A stretch of 64,000 nucleotides of DNA, taken from Callorhinchus milii (lineage: Eukaryota). Each line of letters opens with the position of its first letter. Positions within the stretch are counted from its first letter, which is position 1. The stretch is from positions 28,708,001 to 28,772,000 of the forward strand of contig NW_024704742.1 in assembly GCF_018977255.1 (NCBI RefSeq), given 5' to 3'. A program made the translations under genes and the position numbers. Under the pieces are notes generated by a model, which had not been told where the DNA came from, made no database searches, and was given only the letters and a program-made list of their open reading frames with translations. This document shows positions 50,201 through 64,000 of this stretch, piece by piece.

Positions 50201-53200
50201 CATAACATGCAAATTATTGAATTCAGTCTTGACTTTGACATCAGTTTTCTGCTCTCACACTATGACAAGGTTAGTTCAGATGAAGAAAGCCCTTTGGCCC
50301 ATTTGGTCTCAATCTGCCAGATTACACACTCTGTTGTCTTTCCAGCACAGCATCAAGTCATTTATTGAATGAGTCCAGCGCCTGGCTTCAACCACTTTTC
50401 TGGCAAACAGTTAAAAGGACTTACAGAAAAATAGCCTCAAAATTATGGCTGTGCTTAAGAATTTGCCAAATTTTTAAATAATATTAATAAAAATGATAAA
50501 TAGAGTAAACCTCTCGACCCAGGTGAATTTTGTCTTCATACTTCAGTAATCTCATACACACAAGGATTGCCAGGAAGCAAATGGAAATCTGACACTTGTG
50601 CAGCAGGAGGCTGAGTAAAGAGGGAACTTTACCCTGCATCTGTTTTGTATTACAAGATTCAGTACCATGGGAGTACTCGATGCATTGAATAAAAACATTG
50701 AAAGAGTTTGTGCTACCCAGAAGTGTCAACCATTGCCTTGATAATGATAAAATAATAATAATCCTTACATTTGGCCATTCACATGAGCAGGACGTTTCAA
50801 AGCGCTTCACAGGATATGCTGTAAAGCATTTGTATTTTTGTGGTTGAGCGTAAGGTTTGCTAAAATAGACAAAAACAATATAAACTTTTCTCAAAAACAA
50901 AATACTGTTCTTCTTGTCTACTGATAGGAGATAATTGGCACTTTTATGCCAATTTTAGTCAAACATTCATCTGTTGGACCGTGTTGGTATTGTAATATAT
51001 AGTTGTAACATAATTACAGATTATGAAATGATGGAGATTCTTGAAATCTTCCACTTCAAAATGATCATTTTTGGTCCCAAGTCGAAGAGAGGTGACTTAT
51101 GGTTTTGTGACCAAAACAGGAAGCACTTTCAGTCACTTTATCCATTTTTAGTTCAAAACATTGAGATTCGGAAGCTTATTCAGTAAGTGAGATCACATAT
51201 GGGTTTATTTGCTTCAGTATTTATAAAATCTTTCAAGGAAATGAGATGCAAGATGATGTCAGTTCCAAATACTGTAGAAGTTGGAAGTAAACAGTGCAAG
51301 AGTTTTCATATCTCAACTAATTGAGTTTGAAATTCCTCTCTTGCCTAATAACAAAATTGTGGTCAGATGTAAACAAGGATGAAAGGTTGACAGCATCAGC
51401 TAAACAAATTTCACCAACTTCAGTATATGTCAGAAAAAAATGACAGTTGTGTTTTTATATAGGTTTTGTTATAAAAGTGACTAAGGAAGAATATATTTAC
51501 GTGTCAAATGCAAGGAAAATTATTATTATTATTATTAATAGTTGTAATCGTTGTAGTTCCACAGCTAAAACAGTTTGATAGGGAGCATTTTGGCTTGCTT
51601 GTTACTGCTGTAACTGAAGCAATATCACTCCGAGCAACAAAGCGATGTGAAGCAGAAGCCTAATTTGGACATCCCACTTCATTGGCTTGGCTGAGGGCTA
51701 TTAATCAATAGACATACAATAATGTGTTTAAAAAGTCAGTCGTACAATCAGAGCTTTGATATTAAAAGAGGTCCCTTGAAAGAACTTTTAAGAGATTACA
51801 TGGGAATGGAATTGGATTAGATTCCAATGGACTAGATTTGCTCTGCAGCTTTTATACGACAGCATTGCAAATCAAAGGATTGCATGAAACTTACTCTTCA
51901 ACACATCGCCATGAAAACTGCAATATAAAACAGCATTCAACTGCAGGTTGGACCTGGAGCTAATGAAGATTACAAAGAGATAGATGTTGAAGCATCACCC
52001 AGCAGTGACAGGAGTAAATTTTATAGAGCATGTTCTGCTACAATGCACATTGTTGGACCATTAACATAAAAATCAGAAAATATCTATACAGAACTTCTAT
52101 CCATCTATTTGCGCAGAATCATATCCCAGAAAAATTAAAATTATTTTAAACATTTCTATATTTGTTTCTCCTCACATACTAAGCTGTCTTCCTGCAACTC
52201 CAAACATTCATCTACAGTTTGTATTGAAAGAGCAGACCTCACAACATTTCATTTCAATTCATTCTGAAAACGTTTCTAAAGAAGGAGAGCATGACATAGC
52301 ACAACAGGATTTAACTCTGAACGTTCATGTCCGAGACTTAGGTAAGACCCCAGGCATGCTCAAGGGAGGGTCTTTTTGGTCTGAGACAGTTTCCTCACTG
52401 ACAAGATTCTCAAAGGACAATATTGCTCATAAGGCATCACTAATTCAGACTAAAGATTTGTAGTACAAATTTGTAGTATTAAAAGCAATAGTAATAAATA
52501 ATAATTCATAGTAATGTTGTTGAGACATCTCAAAGCACTTCACAAGATATAATGAAAATTGGTGTGACTGTGTGTATTTTGTGGATGCCACCGCAGTCAA
52601 TTTGCACATAGCAATACCCTACAAACAGTATGGAGTGGGTCATTGTAAAACATAATCATTGTCTATTTGTAGGCAAACTCATTAGCCAAAGTTAGGTCCC
52701 ACAAATCAGATTTTGGTTCAAGAACATCTGAAGGATGTGACTATCCTTCTTAGGGGGAGGTAACTGGGGTCTCCTGCTGAGGTGAGTTGGCTCCAAAGTG
52801 ATGTACCCAGAAATAAACGTTGAATTCGAGTCAACCCTCTGTGGCACTCTTGGTAGTCCTTTTCTGAGTCAGGTGGGTCCACAGTGCTTCAGAGAACCAC
52901 TGATGTTAAGCCTGGCTTAGCTCAACAGCAGGACAAAGGCAGACAAGTCACTGGGAGAGTGATTCTTCCCCCTAAACTCCTATTAACCCTGTAAGACCAA
53001 AACCTAATGGATTAAGTGGTCCAAGCTGGATAAATATCAGGAAGTTTGCCAGTCAGTATTGAAAAACTATGTTTTAACTGCTTGAATTCCAGCTGCTCCC
53101 CAAAGCAGACTCTGGGGACCCTAAGTCTTGTTTCTCACCATCCTTTGCCTAATGCTTTCCAAAATTAGATAAGCAGGGTGCATCCCTCCAGGGAGACAAT

Positions 53201-53299
53201 TCACGTTCCATTCCAGATGCAGGCAAATTGTCATGTGTAGATGGCCAAATATGTGGTATTCTGACTTGTCGGGACCCTCTTAAGCACGATGGTGGTGTG

Positions 53300-53455
53300 C
53301 GAGACACTGGTCTGTTTGAACAAAAATGACAGCTCCTCCAGTAGTGTAACATTCTCACACCAGTGCACTGAAGTGTCCGTGGACACTGTAAACTCAAAGT
53401 CACAACATGAGGCTTGAACCCACGTCCTTCTGACACAAAGACTTCTATCAACTAG
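53300..53455 (-). mobile_element. Degraded Deu-domain SINE 5' fragment
   Basis: gacagctcctccagtagtgtaacattctc...gcactgaagtgtc...gcttgaaccca...ttctgac resembles the 5' half of the other copies. Confidence 0.55.
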
Positions 53456-55214
53456 GACAGCCTTACACTTAGCCCAGAAATATAGCTGATGGAAGAAAAG
53501 GAGTGTTTGAGAAGCATTTGGTATATTCTTCTGAAATTGCTGGAAATGAAACATTTTTGTTTACCCAGCATCAAACCAACGCTGTACTTGATCAGACACT
53601 CCTTTAGTTTGGAACTAGATGCAAAAAGTGAAAACCCTATTACATATTTTAAGCTGTGACTTTTCTGAGAACAAAACATTGTGTCATTGCCTATTGATAG
53701 ATCAGTGTAGATTTGTTTGTCAATTACGGTTGAAAACATATTACTTTTAAACTGTAATTTCATATGATTACATTTAAGTGGAGGTTATGAAAGTGATGTA
53801 GTTTCTTGAAATATATAATAAGCATGTCTTGGCTATGTGAGCCCACAAATAATTGAGGTAGAGTCTATGGCCTGAAAAAGGAAGCAGTCTGGACAATTGT
53901 GCATGAATCTAATCTGGAGCATTGAGCAGGGAAGCTAGTGTAATAAATGAGCAGTTTTATTCACTCTGTAAAAAAAACACAGGTTTTAATATGAATCTGG
54001 AAACGTTAAGCAGTGCTACAAAAAAAAACTCTGCAAGGATATAAACCAGCTCTAAATCATTGTCGTGGAGATTAAAAGGATAAATGTCTTCAAACAGTAA
54101 TAATGTATTTGTGTCTGGGTTACAGATGTGGCTCAGTTTAAAAAGCAAATTCATGACAGGGTTCTGCTGTCTAGGAGTCCCTTTTGAAAAAAATATCTCA
54201 AGTCTGAATTTCTCTCAGCAACATAAATGGCAATATTTTTCAACATCCATTTTCTTTGGAGCACTAATTTCCAGTTAGTTAAAAATATATCAATTAGAGT
54301 TCTTAAATCTACAGACATTGAGAGTAACTTAATAAGGTAGAGTATATACATTTTTATTTATACTTCGTTAGTTGTTGAAACCTGGTGAGCAGACCAACAC
54401 TAATGCAATGGCTATTCATAAGTTATTAAAGGCATGTTAAGTGGCATTGTTTGTGGAGCCGTAGAATACATGTATCTTTATCTTAAATATTCGCATATCC
54501 TGCTGTTAAATGTACGGATATCAGAATCAGATGATGCCTCAGACTACAAAATACTTTGCTATCAGCTTTCATTATTTAACACCCACTCCTAGTTAACCCT
54601 TTGAAAGGAATTTCCTGTTCTCAGGAATATATTCTTCATCTGTTCTACTTATCGGGTGCCAAGAGATTTAAATTTAAAACTTCTGCTGCTCTGTTAATGC
54701 TCTGAAGAAGACACTAAAAGTTTACCATGGTTTTATAATGATAAAACATAAACAGGAAAGATGAGTTGAGAGACAAGCTTTGAATACCTGGGCTTGAAAT
54801 GCTGGTTGTAATGCGATTGTTACAAATGGGAAAGAGAATGTGTTTCCAATTAGTTAAACCAGGTTCATATTGCCATACATCCTGTACTGAATGAGAGATC
54901 ACTTTTTAGGCAATATCACAATAGGCCTACTGTTGGGAAAGCGATGCATGGTATAAGTTGATATTCAATTTACATAAATTTCTCTTTATCTCTCCTAGCA
55001 TTTTCCCTCTTGCTATATGTATATAGATACTTATACCTTTCTCTCTTTGAGTGGGAGACTCAATGTTGTGCTTAGACGTATGCTTCCTGTACAACTATAC
55101 TATTTCTCTCACCTTTGAAGCAAAAACAATGAAGGATCAGGACCTCCTCACCCTGGAGCAGTAGCAGCACGAGTGGATTGAAGTAAAGCTAGATTTTTTT
55201 TCCTGAAAGATGTA

Positions 55215-55562
55215 AAGATTCTCACACTCGTGTTCAAATCCCTTCACTCCCTGGCACCTCCCTACTTCTCTGACCTCCTCACTCCCCAATCCACCACTCG
55301 GTGCCTCCACTTGACTGGCACCGGCCTCCTGCTTGACCCTTGCGCCCTCCGCTCCACCATTGGAGGTCGCTCATTCAGCCACTATGCCCCAAAACTCTAG
55401 AACACTCTTCCTCAATCCCTCCGCCTTGCCCCCTCTCTCCTCTTCAATTTCGACCGTGCTTACAGTCACCTCCCCCACCCCCACCCCAGTTCCGCCAGTG
55501 TTAAGCGCTCTGAGCTGCTACCCTGTGTGGAGGGCACTATATAAGTGCAAGTTGTTGTTGTA
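55215..55562 (+). mobile_element. L2-clade LINE 3' end
   Basis: aagattctcacactcgtgttcaaatcccttcac...tataagtgcaagttgttgttg. Confidence 0.8.
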
Positions 55563-55711
55563 AAGAGTTTCATCTTCAGCAGTCTTTACGGAGACATTGT
55601 GGAGGGTGGACGTGTTGCTTGCATCAGTGTTGACTCGTACTAACCTTGGTTTTGTTTGTGCAGCATTTTTATTATCTCTTCAAAATTATCTCCTGTGCAA
55701 CATTAAAAGCA

Positions 55712-55953
55712 AGTAATCCTTGCATTTGGTATAGTGCCTTATCACGTCTTCTAAACGGCTCAAAGCGCTTCACAGAATATACTGTAAATTGAATTGACTG
55801 TGTGTTTTGTGGGCGAAATGCGGCAGCTAATTGCACACAAACAGTCGTGCTTTGAGTGACCAAACTATTATTATTTTTCTTTTTTTTGAAGGTCTTATTA
55901 CCACCAGAAAAGCGATCTGCCAAACAACTAACAACCAGGTTCCTACTTACTGC
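55712..55953 (-). mobile_element. SINE, long subtype, 3' part
   Basis: Tail plus part of the internal segment; no head. Confidence 0.8.
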
Positions 55954-57727
55954 CATTTCAATCCCTGGGAGACCCCTTCAACTATGATACTTTTAGACAG
56001 CACATGCTTTATTGACCTTGAAAGGGTAAATGACTGAGGGATAAATCCACTCGAATTCCAAAGCAGAATTTTTTGATTACCAAGTCTGGTGCTGTGATAA
56101 ACGTTTATTTCCTGTTGGTAAAGATTATTAGGTAATATGCTCCCAGTGTTTCAGTGGCATGATATAGAGATGAAAATTACAACATCATGTGTTAATTCTC
56201 ACCAATGTTTTGTTGAGTGAAACTAGTACCTCATTAACTAGCAGTCCAGCCGGCAGTTCATTCCACCATCTAGCAAGTTCGAGTTCTGACAATTGATTGT
56301 CATTATAATGATACTTGATTGTTATTATATTAATGTAATGTATTGCAATGTTATAATTATAATTCAACTCTTGGATTGCAACAAATACACACAAATGGGC
56401 AAAAGACCGAAATTCAATGAATCTGACCCAGTTTTTTTATTGTGCAATATTTAAGTAGCGTAAAGTTGCTCAGTGAGTAGGAAAGTATTTTGTGTGACCT
56501 GTGTATTGCCTCTGACATCTTGTTCAGCTTTAAGGACACATGACCAATTTCAGCTTTGTTCATAACTTCAGGAAGTTCACTATTGGTGTCTCTAAACAAA
56601 TCTTTATTGGGAAGAATTGTCCTGAACAAATGTTGTCCTCTACCCTGCCACAGTTATACATCTGGTTCCTTGCCAAGGTCATCTCTTGAAACTTCTGAGA
56701 ATCCTCTTTTCCACCATACTTCTGTTCCAATGGTTCAGTTGCCAATTCCTCTCAAGAGAAGGTCAATAATTTTGGCACACTTTCTTGTCTAACTCCAACA
56801 ACAAATATCTTGACAAAGAACCCTCCTTCATTGTGTTTAAAAACATATTGAGTTTTAGCCCTTCAGGACTCAAAAAAAAGTCTTCTGTTCCTGATGTTCC
56901 TGCAGATGTTACTAAAACGCGTTTCTGAATTTGAGCATCCTATCCTGTTATTTTTCCTACTCACACTTACTCTTACCCATAGGAACATCGGAATAAGAGA
57001 AGGTCATTCAATCCATTGAGTCTTTTATGCAACCCTTCCGATTGCTGCCCTTCAGCCTTATACTTCCTAAAGTTATGGATGTTGCCATGAACACTCAATT
57101 ATCCTTCACCTTGAAATGATTGTAATTATGGTTTCAAGTTGAATCACTGAATCTTGCTCTCTTCCATGCCCTTTTATAGGGTGCTTAAGTGTCCAGGAAA
57201 AAACATACATTGCGAAAGCAGTATCATTCTTTCTCAAGACCTCAGAAACTAAGCCTATCACCCTTTCTCTTCTCTACAACTTAAATCTTAAAACTTAAAA
57301 CTTAAACTTAAAACTTAAACTTCTCTACAACTTAAATCCCAACTTTACTATCACCTAATTAGCGAGTTAGTGTGTGTGGTGGGGGGGAGGAATTTTGCAG
57401 CATGTGAAGTGGCACCAGTGTGTTCATTTTCACAAGGTACAAGATTTGTGTTGCTTTTTGCCCAGCAATCAATAAATGGTTGGGGGTGAACCTCCGGATT
57501 CGGAAGAATGGCTTCACCTTTCAGTTGGCTCAGCACTAGATCTCCGCCGTATTTCTAAATATGCGAATTATTTTGTTTTTGTGAAAAAACAGCTAGCCAC
57601 TAGGATTAAATTAGCCCGCTTTTTAATTTTCAAAATTGATTTCAGGCTTTGATGTATCAAAAATTTGCAAGATCTTCCTGCTTCAGTGGAGGATTCCTTG
57701 GGTAGCACTGGAATGGTTAATAATAAT

Positions 57728-58920
57728 AACAACAACAACAACAAAAATTCAATTTGTATAGTGCCTTTCACTTCGGGAGGATGTCCCAAGGCACTGGACA
57801 ATCAATGTTTCAGACCCGAGCTGGGGATCCGGATTGGGGAGGGTGGGGGACAGGGTGGGAAGGAGTGTGACTGAAGGCACAGTCGAAGAGGAGGGTTTTC
57901 AGATGGGTCTTGATGGAGGCAAGGGAGGGGGTGAGGTGGAGGGACTGCGGGATGGAGTTCCAGAGGGTGAGGGTAGAGTGGCTTAAGGCCTGCCTGCTAA
58001 TGGGAGGAAGGCAAGGCGGGGGACATGAAGCAGGCCGGAGCTCGCTGAGCAGAGGAAGTGGGCAGGTTGGTAGGGGGTTTGGAAGTCAGAGAGATAGGGG
58101 GGAGCAAGGACATGGAGGGGTTTGAAAGTGAGGACCAGGATCTTGAACTGTATCCTCTGTGTGATGGGAAGCCAGTGGAATCGGGCGAGGATGGGAGGTG
58201 ATAGGGTTGCGGAGCCTGGTGTTGGAGAGGATATGGATTGCAGAGTTCTGGATGATATGCAACCTATGGAGGGAGGAGTGGGGGAGGCCAACAAGCAGTG
58301 AGCCTCGATATAATGAATGCATGTATGAGGGTCTCAGGGGCCTGTGGTGGGAGACAGTGGCAGAGCCGGGCAATGTTGCAGAGGTGGGGGAAGACAGAGC
58401 GGGTCATAGCATGGATGAGGGGTAGAAAGCATAGATGAGGGTCAAACAAGATGCCAAGATTCCATACTGGCTTAGCAAGGTGGAGTGTGCATCTTTGGAC
58501 GGTGATGCTGTCAGCCCTGAGTGTGGAGTCGCTGACAGAAGTCAATCAGGAGGGCCTCAGTCTTGTTGACATTCAACTGAAGAAAGTTAGCTCTCATCCA
58601 GGACTTGATGACTGACAGACATTCTGTCAGCACAGCAGTGGTCCTGGAGTCGGGGGTGAAGGCAGAGAGGTACAGTTGGGTGTCATCTGCATACATGTGG
58701 AAGTTGATCCCCATGTCTGCGAATGATGTCACTAAGAGGGAGTATATAGATATTGAAGAGGAGGTGACCAAGGACAAAGCCCTGAGGAATGCCACAGGAG
58801 ATGGTGCTTGGGCTAGAGGAGAAACCGTTTGTGGAGATGAAGTGGAGATGGTGTGAGAGGTACGATCTGAACCATTCAAGGACAGAATCATGAAGGTTGA
58901 GGTGGAGATTAACTTTCAGG
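57728..58920 (-). mobile_element. 5'-truncated L2-clade LINE (about 1.2 kb)
   Basis: [15 protein letters not shown]...WMRANFLQLNVNKTEALLI; FHWLPITQRIQFKILVLTFK; stem-loop and (GTT)n tail. Confidence 0.93.
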
Positions 58921-60247
58921 GCTGGAACTTACAGTACCCAGTGAGGTAGACGTGAGGTAACCAACACTCCTATACCAGGGCTCAGATGTGGAAGGCCAGA
59001 TGTGCTGTTTTTACACCTAGCCGACTCTGTGATGTATTCCAACTGTGGTTTATTTTGGACAATATTTCCATTACTGAGAACAGAGACAAATTTCATATGA
59101 GGCAAGAAAGGTAATCTTTCATAAAGATGATTCATATTTTATTGTGTTAGTCTCCAGAAGCAGATACTGAAATTGATACATTTCCAGTCAACTTTTTTTT
59201 CGCAAATCAATTACTGCTCTCCAAATCACCGTTAATTTACACAAATATTGGACACAGATATTTCAAAATATCAACAACACTAACTTTAGGATTGAATTAC
59301 AGATGAACTGCAGTGCACTGTGGCAACAGCTTTGAAAAAGACATAAAGGAAATGTTCGAACAGGCACTATGATTTATACTTGACTCTGCACACTCCAGTG
59401 ACTGCTTCCCACTGTGTGTTGTTTATTGGGGTAGAAAAGCAAATTTAAGGAACCAAGATGTCATCAGGCAAGTATTTTGAGCATGATCGTCCAGATCAGA
59501 TTGAAGGAAATGGCAGTAATTACTATAGTGCTAGGCATGCTTGCTGGCTGCATGAAATTGATTTTCTGTTCCACAAAGATGGAGGACGAAAATGTTTTTC
59601 AGACTTGGCTGGTTCAGATTTAGTGATGCAACTTCTATTTTGATCGTTAAAGTTGTCAAACTGGAATATTCCTGTGCTGTTTCAACATGACAATAATAGT
59701 AATAATAATTCTTGCATTTGGCATAGCATCCTTCATGTAGGGAGGATGTCTCAAAGCACTTCAAAGAATACTCTGTAAAGTGTACTGACTGTGTATTTTT
59801 TGTAGCTGACATTGGAGGATGGATGGAATTAACCCTGTGAGATGTATTGCATAAAGAAAAATATTTAGTTTAGGAACATGACAAAATTCACCCAGGGGCC
59901 AAATAGTCCAAAGCTGTCTTTTTCACTCAAGCATGTTGCTATGTTCACTCAGTACATTACAAGATTGGTTTGGATGAAGAAAGCCCTTCGTCCCCTTAGA
60001 TCGCATCCTACCAGAATACTCACTCTTTCTCATCACAATGAGTCCAGCTTCCAGGTCTCAAACACCCTTCCTGGTTACTTACTCCAATTGTTAATTATCA
60101 TCCGAGTAACGAAATATTTTCTGATGCCTCCGGAAATTGCCCTTTGCAATCCTAAATCTATGACCTTTGGTTCTACTCCCTTGGTGCATCCATCCAAAAG
60201 TATTATTCTGGGTTTCTTTATTCAATCCCATTTAAAATGTTATCCCT

Positions 60248-60730
60248 GGAGTCCTGCAGCTCAGTGGTTAGAGCAGGAGACCTAGGTTTGAATCCCGGCA
60301 GGGCAAAACGTTGGGCAAGTTTCCTTACTCAACACGCCTCTTTTTACCTAGCAGTAAGTAGGAATGCAGTTGTTAGTCGAATAACGGATCGCTTTTCCGG
60401 TGGTAATACTTCCTTCAAAAAAAATTGTTCACTCAATCCACGATTGTTTGTACAAAACTGTTGTGCTCAATTGGCTGCCACGTTTTGCCCACAAAATATA
60501 CAGTTAATTCAATTTAAAGTATAATCTGTGAAGCACTTTGAGATATCTTTTCGATCGCGCCTTTGGTCACCTTCCTCCCCCTCCCCCTGGCTTGGCCCCA
60601 GGATCCGTTACTGTGAAGCGCTCTGAGACACCATCTGGCGTGGAGGGCGCTATATAAATCCAAGTTGTAGTTGTTGTTGTTGTTGTCTCCAAGACGTGAT
60701 AAGACGCTTTTTCGAATGCAAGAATTATTA
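60248..60730 (+). mobile_element. SINE, long subtype, interrupted by a LINE 3' fragment (about 60550-60685)
   Basis: Head at 60248; the tail is split by a (GTT)n-ended LINE end. Confidence 0.85.
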
Positions 60731-62047
60731 TACAGCTCTATAATGCCCCCTCTGAGATGGACAACATCCTGCAGCCTTTTTCCAGTTTTGACTTGTCCTG
60801 ATCACGAGACAAACCACCTGACAACGTAAGATGTGTTTGCAAAGGGAAACCCATGTAGGTCATGCGATTAGTGAAGCTTTACTTCCAAGTTGATCCCTGG
60901 GCAGAGTCAAAATCTTGTGATATGGGGTGACGTATGAGAGTTTCCCTGGAGAAAACACAGTTTATGGCATTGGATGAGGCACCAACAGCATGTGAAGAGT
61001 GGTGCTAGTTAAATCCCAGTACATAGTAAAGGCAGATCAGAGGCAGATCCGAGGATAGCTGGGGAGGGCAGAGATAAGAGGGTGCTTCAGCTTAAGTCAA
61101 TTGGAGGATGCTGAGGTGTGTCTGGATCCACTGAATGTGCCTGAAGCATGTTACAGCTCACAACACCACTTCAAAATACAAGCTGTGGATGATACAATCC
61201 TCCTACTAAAGAGGTCCTAGTGTTTGCTGAAGTATGATCAGCTGTAATCCATGACAATTGAGCATTTCAGTCCAGCGTACAAAGCTTTAGTGAGCTGTAA
61301 AGCCATAACTGTACTTTGTAAGGCACTATGAAAAGCATTAATTATGCTGCCAGAATCCAGAACAATTCTGATTAGTTTCCAGCTCACCTCTGCTTCAGAT
61401 TGCACCAGAGATGGATTGCTTTTACTCTAGACTAATTATAACTCGAAGTAAAACAAATCCGCATGTGTGTCCTTGTAAATAACTATAATCCAATTTAAAA
61501 CGTATAATTTCATTTTACATTTACATTGCAATGTTATTCATCAGCTAAAATTGCATTACAGTCAGTTGTATGTGCACAAGGACAAATTTGCGATACTTAA
61601 TGGAGCAAATTAGCGCTTAGCCCATAGCAGCAAATTTGCTATGTGGAACAGACAGAGGAGAATAAACCCTGTGGTACTGGTTTCCTTTGTTGCAGTAGTT
61701 GCCCAGTTTGTACTAAAGGTTAGGGTGAATATACAGCACTGCATATCACAGCCCCGAATGTGACCAATTAAGTCGGTTATATGTAACAGCTGGAGAGAGG
61801 CATTCACTTTTAACAGGATTACCTGTTTACTTTTCCCCCTTCTGTGTTTAGATTTCGGATCCTGCTGTTGAGATTTCAGTATCTTTTGGCTGATCCTTTT
61901 TTGATGAGGATATCAATTCCTCTTCAGACATTTTAACCATACATGGTGTTCCATCCTATGTTCTCATGCGATTTCTTGAAACTCACACCCTGTCCTTTTC
62001 ATGAGAACACATTTGTGGAATTCCCGTACACTATCTCAACGGTTTGC

Positions 62048-62350
62048 AATAATAATAATAATCTTTACATTTGATAATAGTGCCTTAAAAAAAATTGGTC
62101 GCTTCAATCCACAACTGTTTGTGGGACACTGCTGTGCGCAATTGGCTGCCACATTTCGCCCCAAAATATTCAGACAATTCACTTTACAGTTTATTCTGTG
62201 AAGCATTTTGAGATATCTTGAAGACGTGATAAGGCTTGACATCAAATGCAAGGATTATTATTGTTGTTATCATGTTGTTGAGACATCTCAAAGCGCTTCA
62301 CAGAATATATTGTAAAGTGAATTGATTGTGTATTTTGTGGGCATAAAACG
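62048..62350. mobile_element. Nested, oppositely oriented SINE tail fragments
   Basis: Plus-strand SINE 3' half inserted into a minus-strand SINE tail. Confidence 0.8.
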
Positions 62351-64000
62351 TCACCAGCCGTTTCAAGCTTTTCTGCCTCCCTCCAAACCATCCCAATCCC
62401 CCTTTCCGCACGTTCTTCGAATGCATCAGATTTGTAGAAAACCCATGCCTATGCCCTACCACAACTGTGATAAAATGATAAAACAGTTTTACAGGAAACT
62501 TCGTAGCATTCGAATATCAAGCTCCAATGTCTAATGAAGAATATAATCTATTTTGTGACAGGAATTCGCCTCAAATGGGACATATTCACTTTTAAGGATT
62601 TCAGTCAATCTGTAATGACTTATTATCTGAGAGTTTATAAAGTGATGGCAATCACTCGATTGGTACCAGTGATGAAGCGTTCTTTGGTTGATGGGTTCGA
62701 TCAGGCTAAACTTTGGGAAGTAATGATAATAGATTAAGATGTCAGAGCTAATTACAACAGTCTTTTACTTTTCTCACCTCATTGCTCCTCGCTGTGTCCT
62801 TCATCCATGTCTCTCACTAGGGGTCTGGTACATGAGAGTGCTTATATTCCTCTGGCTCAGTAATAAAATGATTATTACAGTTTGGTTCTTGGAGGATGGA
62901 ATTTACTTTTTAGATCAGACTGGATGCTGAGACGCAATGAATCTTCCTTTCTTTTCACTCCTCCAGGAATGTCCCAGATGTCCTATCCTGTGTTCTAAGA
63001 ATGTCTGACACCTTATAGTTGTCAATAAACAGCCTCAAATGCTCTGGCCCGCCACCCTACATGAGGGATGCTTTATAAATGCAAGTTGTTGTTGTTCCAA
63101 CATGCAAAGCCCAAATTTACCAGCTTTCATCATGCCTCACTTATGGTAACACAAGTGAAGCATTAGGACACATTATAACTTTAGGCCACATCACACTTAG
63201 AAATAGTGCTTCTAAATCATGTTGAAGTATTTACTAATATTAGTATTAGTTTATTTTAATGATGATATTAACTAGAATTTCTACACAACCTCCAAAATAT
63301 AGTCAAAAAGTAAAAGGTGCAGCTTCAACAGGGGCTTCCACTGTAATTTCTCTCACGCTCCCTCCTGTTTGACTCTCGTTTATTACTCCCTTACTCTCCT
63401 AGACCATTCTATTTGCTCTACTCAAAGGGTGTTCAGCAGTGTAGAGCAGTCAAATAACCTGCCAACACTCACATAATGAATCGTGAAGTATCCAAAGATG
63501 TCTGACACCATAAAGTTGCCTGAAGAGAGAAATGTATAATATTCTTTGTGTCTTGGAGCTAAAGAATATCCTGCCAATATACAACCACTAAGGTGACGTA
63601 GTGTAGGGTGTGGAGTACACTCTGAAACAAACTGCTTTCAAACAGGAAGTGACTAAAATTGGCTAAAGAAGTATGAATTATGAGTGGGAGGCAAAATGCA
63701 ACGATTTCACTTGGCTAAAGTAAAAACAGTTGTACAATGTAGAGTGGAAGCAGGGAGGAATCCAGGCAGAGGCCAGGGGAAGGGAGCAAGAGAGCAATGA
63801 CAAAGACCAGGTATTGGAGTCAAGTAAAGGCAAGAAATTGGTAGTTTTAAAAAGTTTAATACAATGATCTACCCCCAAAATACACTCACTGCACTTAATA
63901 GTACATCCTGTGAATGATGATGATTATTATTATTTGGGTTGGAAATTGGAGTGAGTACTCAGCAAGAGAATGATCAGGATGCTCTGCAGGCAGGGTGTGT

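Noticed and set aside
56400..57250. Possible highly degraded CR1-type LINE (similar bits near 50270-50400 and 59960-60240)
   Set aside because: Resemblance too weak to give a family or boundaries by eye.
57270..57340. 19-bp duplication flanking (ACTTAAA)n
   Set aside because: Ordinary slippage-type micro-duplication.

Overview
Eukaryotic (vertebrate) genomic DNA, most likely a cartilaginous fish and possibly a chimaera, judged from the repeat families and the protein sequence. The only protein-coding gene I can support is a complete minus-strand delta-2 protocadherin, pcdh18. It has four coding exons (25323-22825, 20604-20516, 20416-20250, 18580-17928) that splice at GT-AG in consistent phase to 3408 nt (1135 aa). 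It has a CpG-rich first exon, a 5' leader and promoter swollen with simple repeats, and AATAAA signals downstream. The rest is gene desert: young tRNA(Ala)-like SINEs in two subtypes, old Deu-domain, AmnSINE2-like and LF-SINE-like relics, many 5'-truncated L2-clade LINEs sharing a 3' stem-loop with the SINEs, one RTE-like fragment, minisatellites and several repeat-poor candidate enhancer blocks. I found no convincing new multi-gene system. The most unusual items are a double-hairpin element carrying PBX-MEIS/PREP-type TGATTGACAG motifs (about 4326-4575), a stop-start uORF arrangement that opens an in-frame N-terminal extension of pcdh18, and nested or co-truncated retroposon structures. Repeat family names come from recalled consensus similarity, not database searches, and repeat boundaries are approximate.
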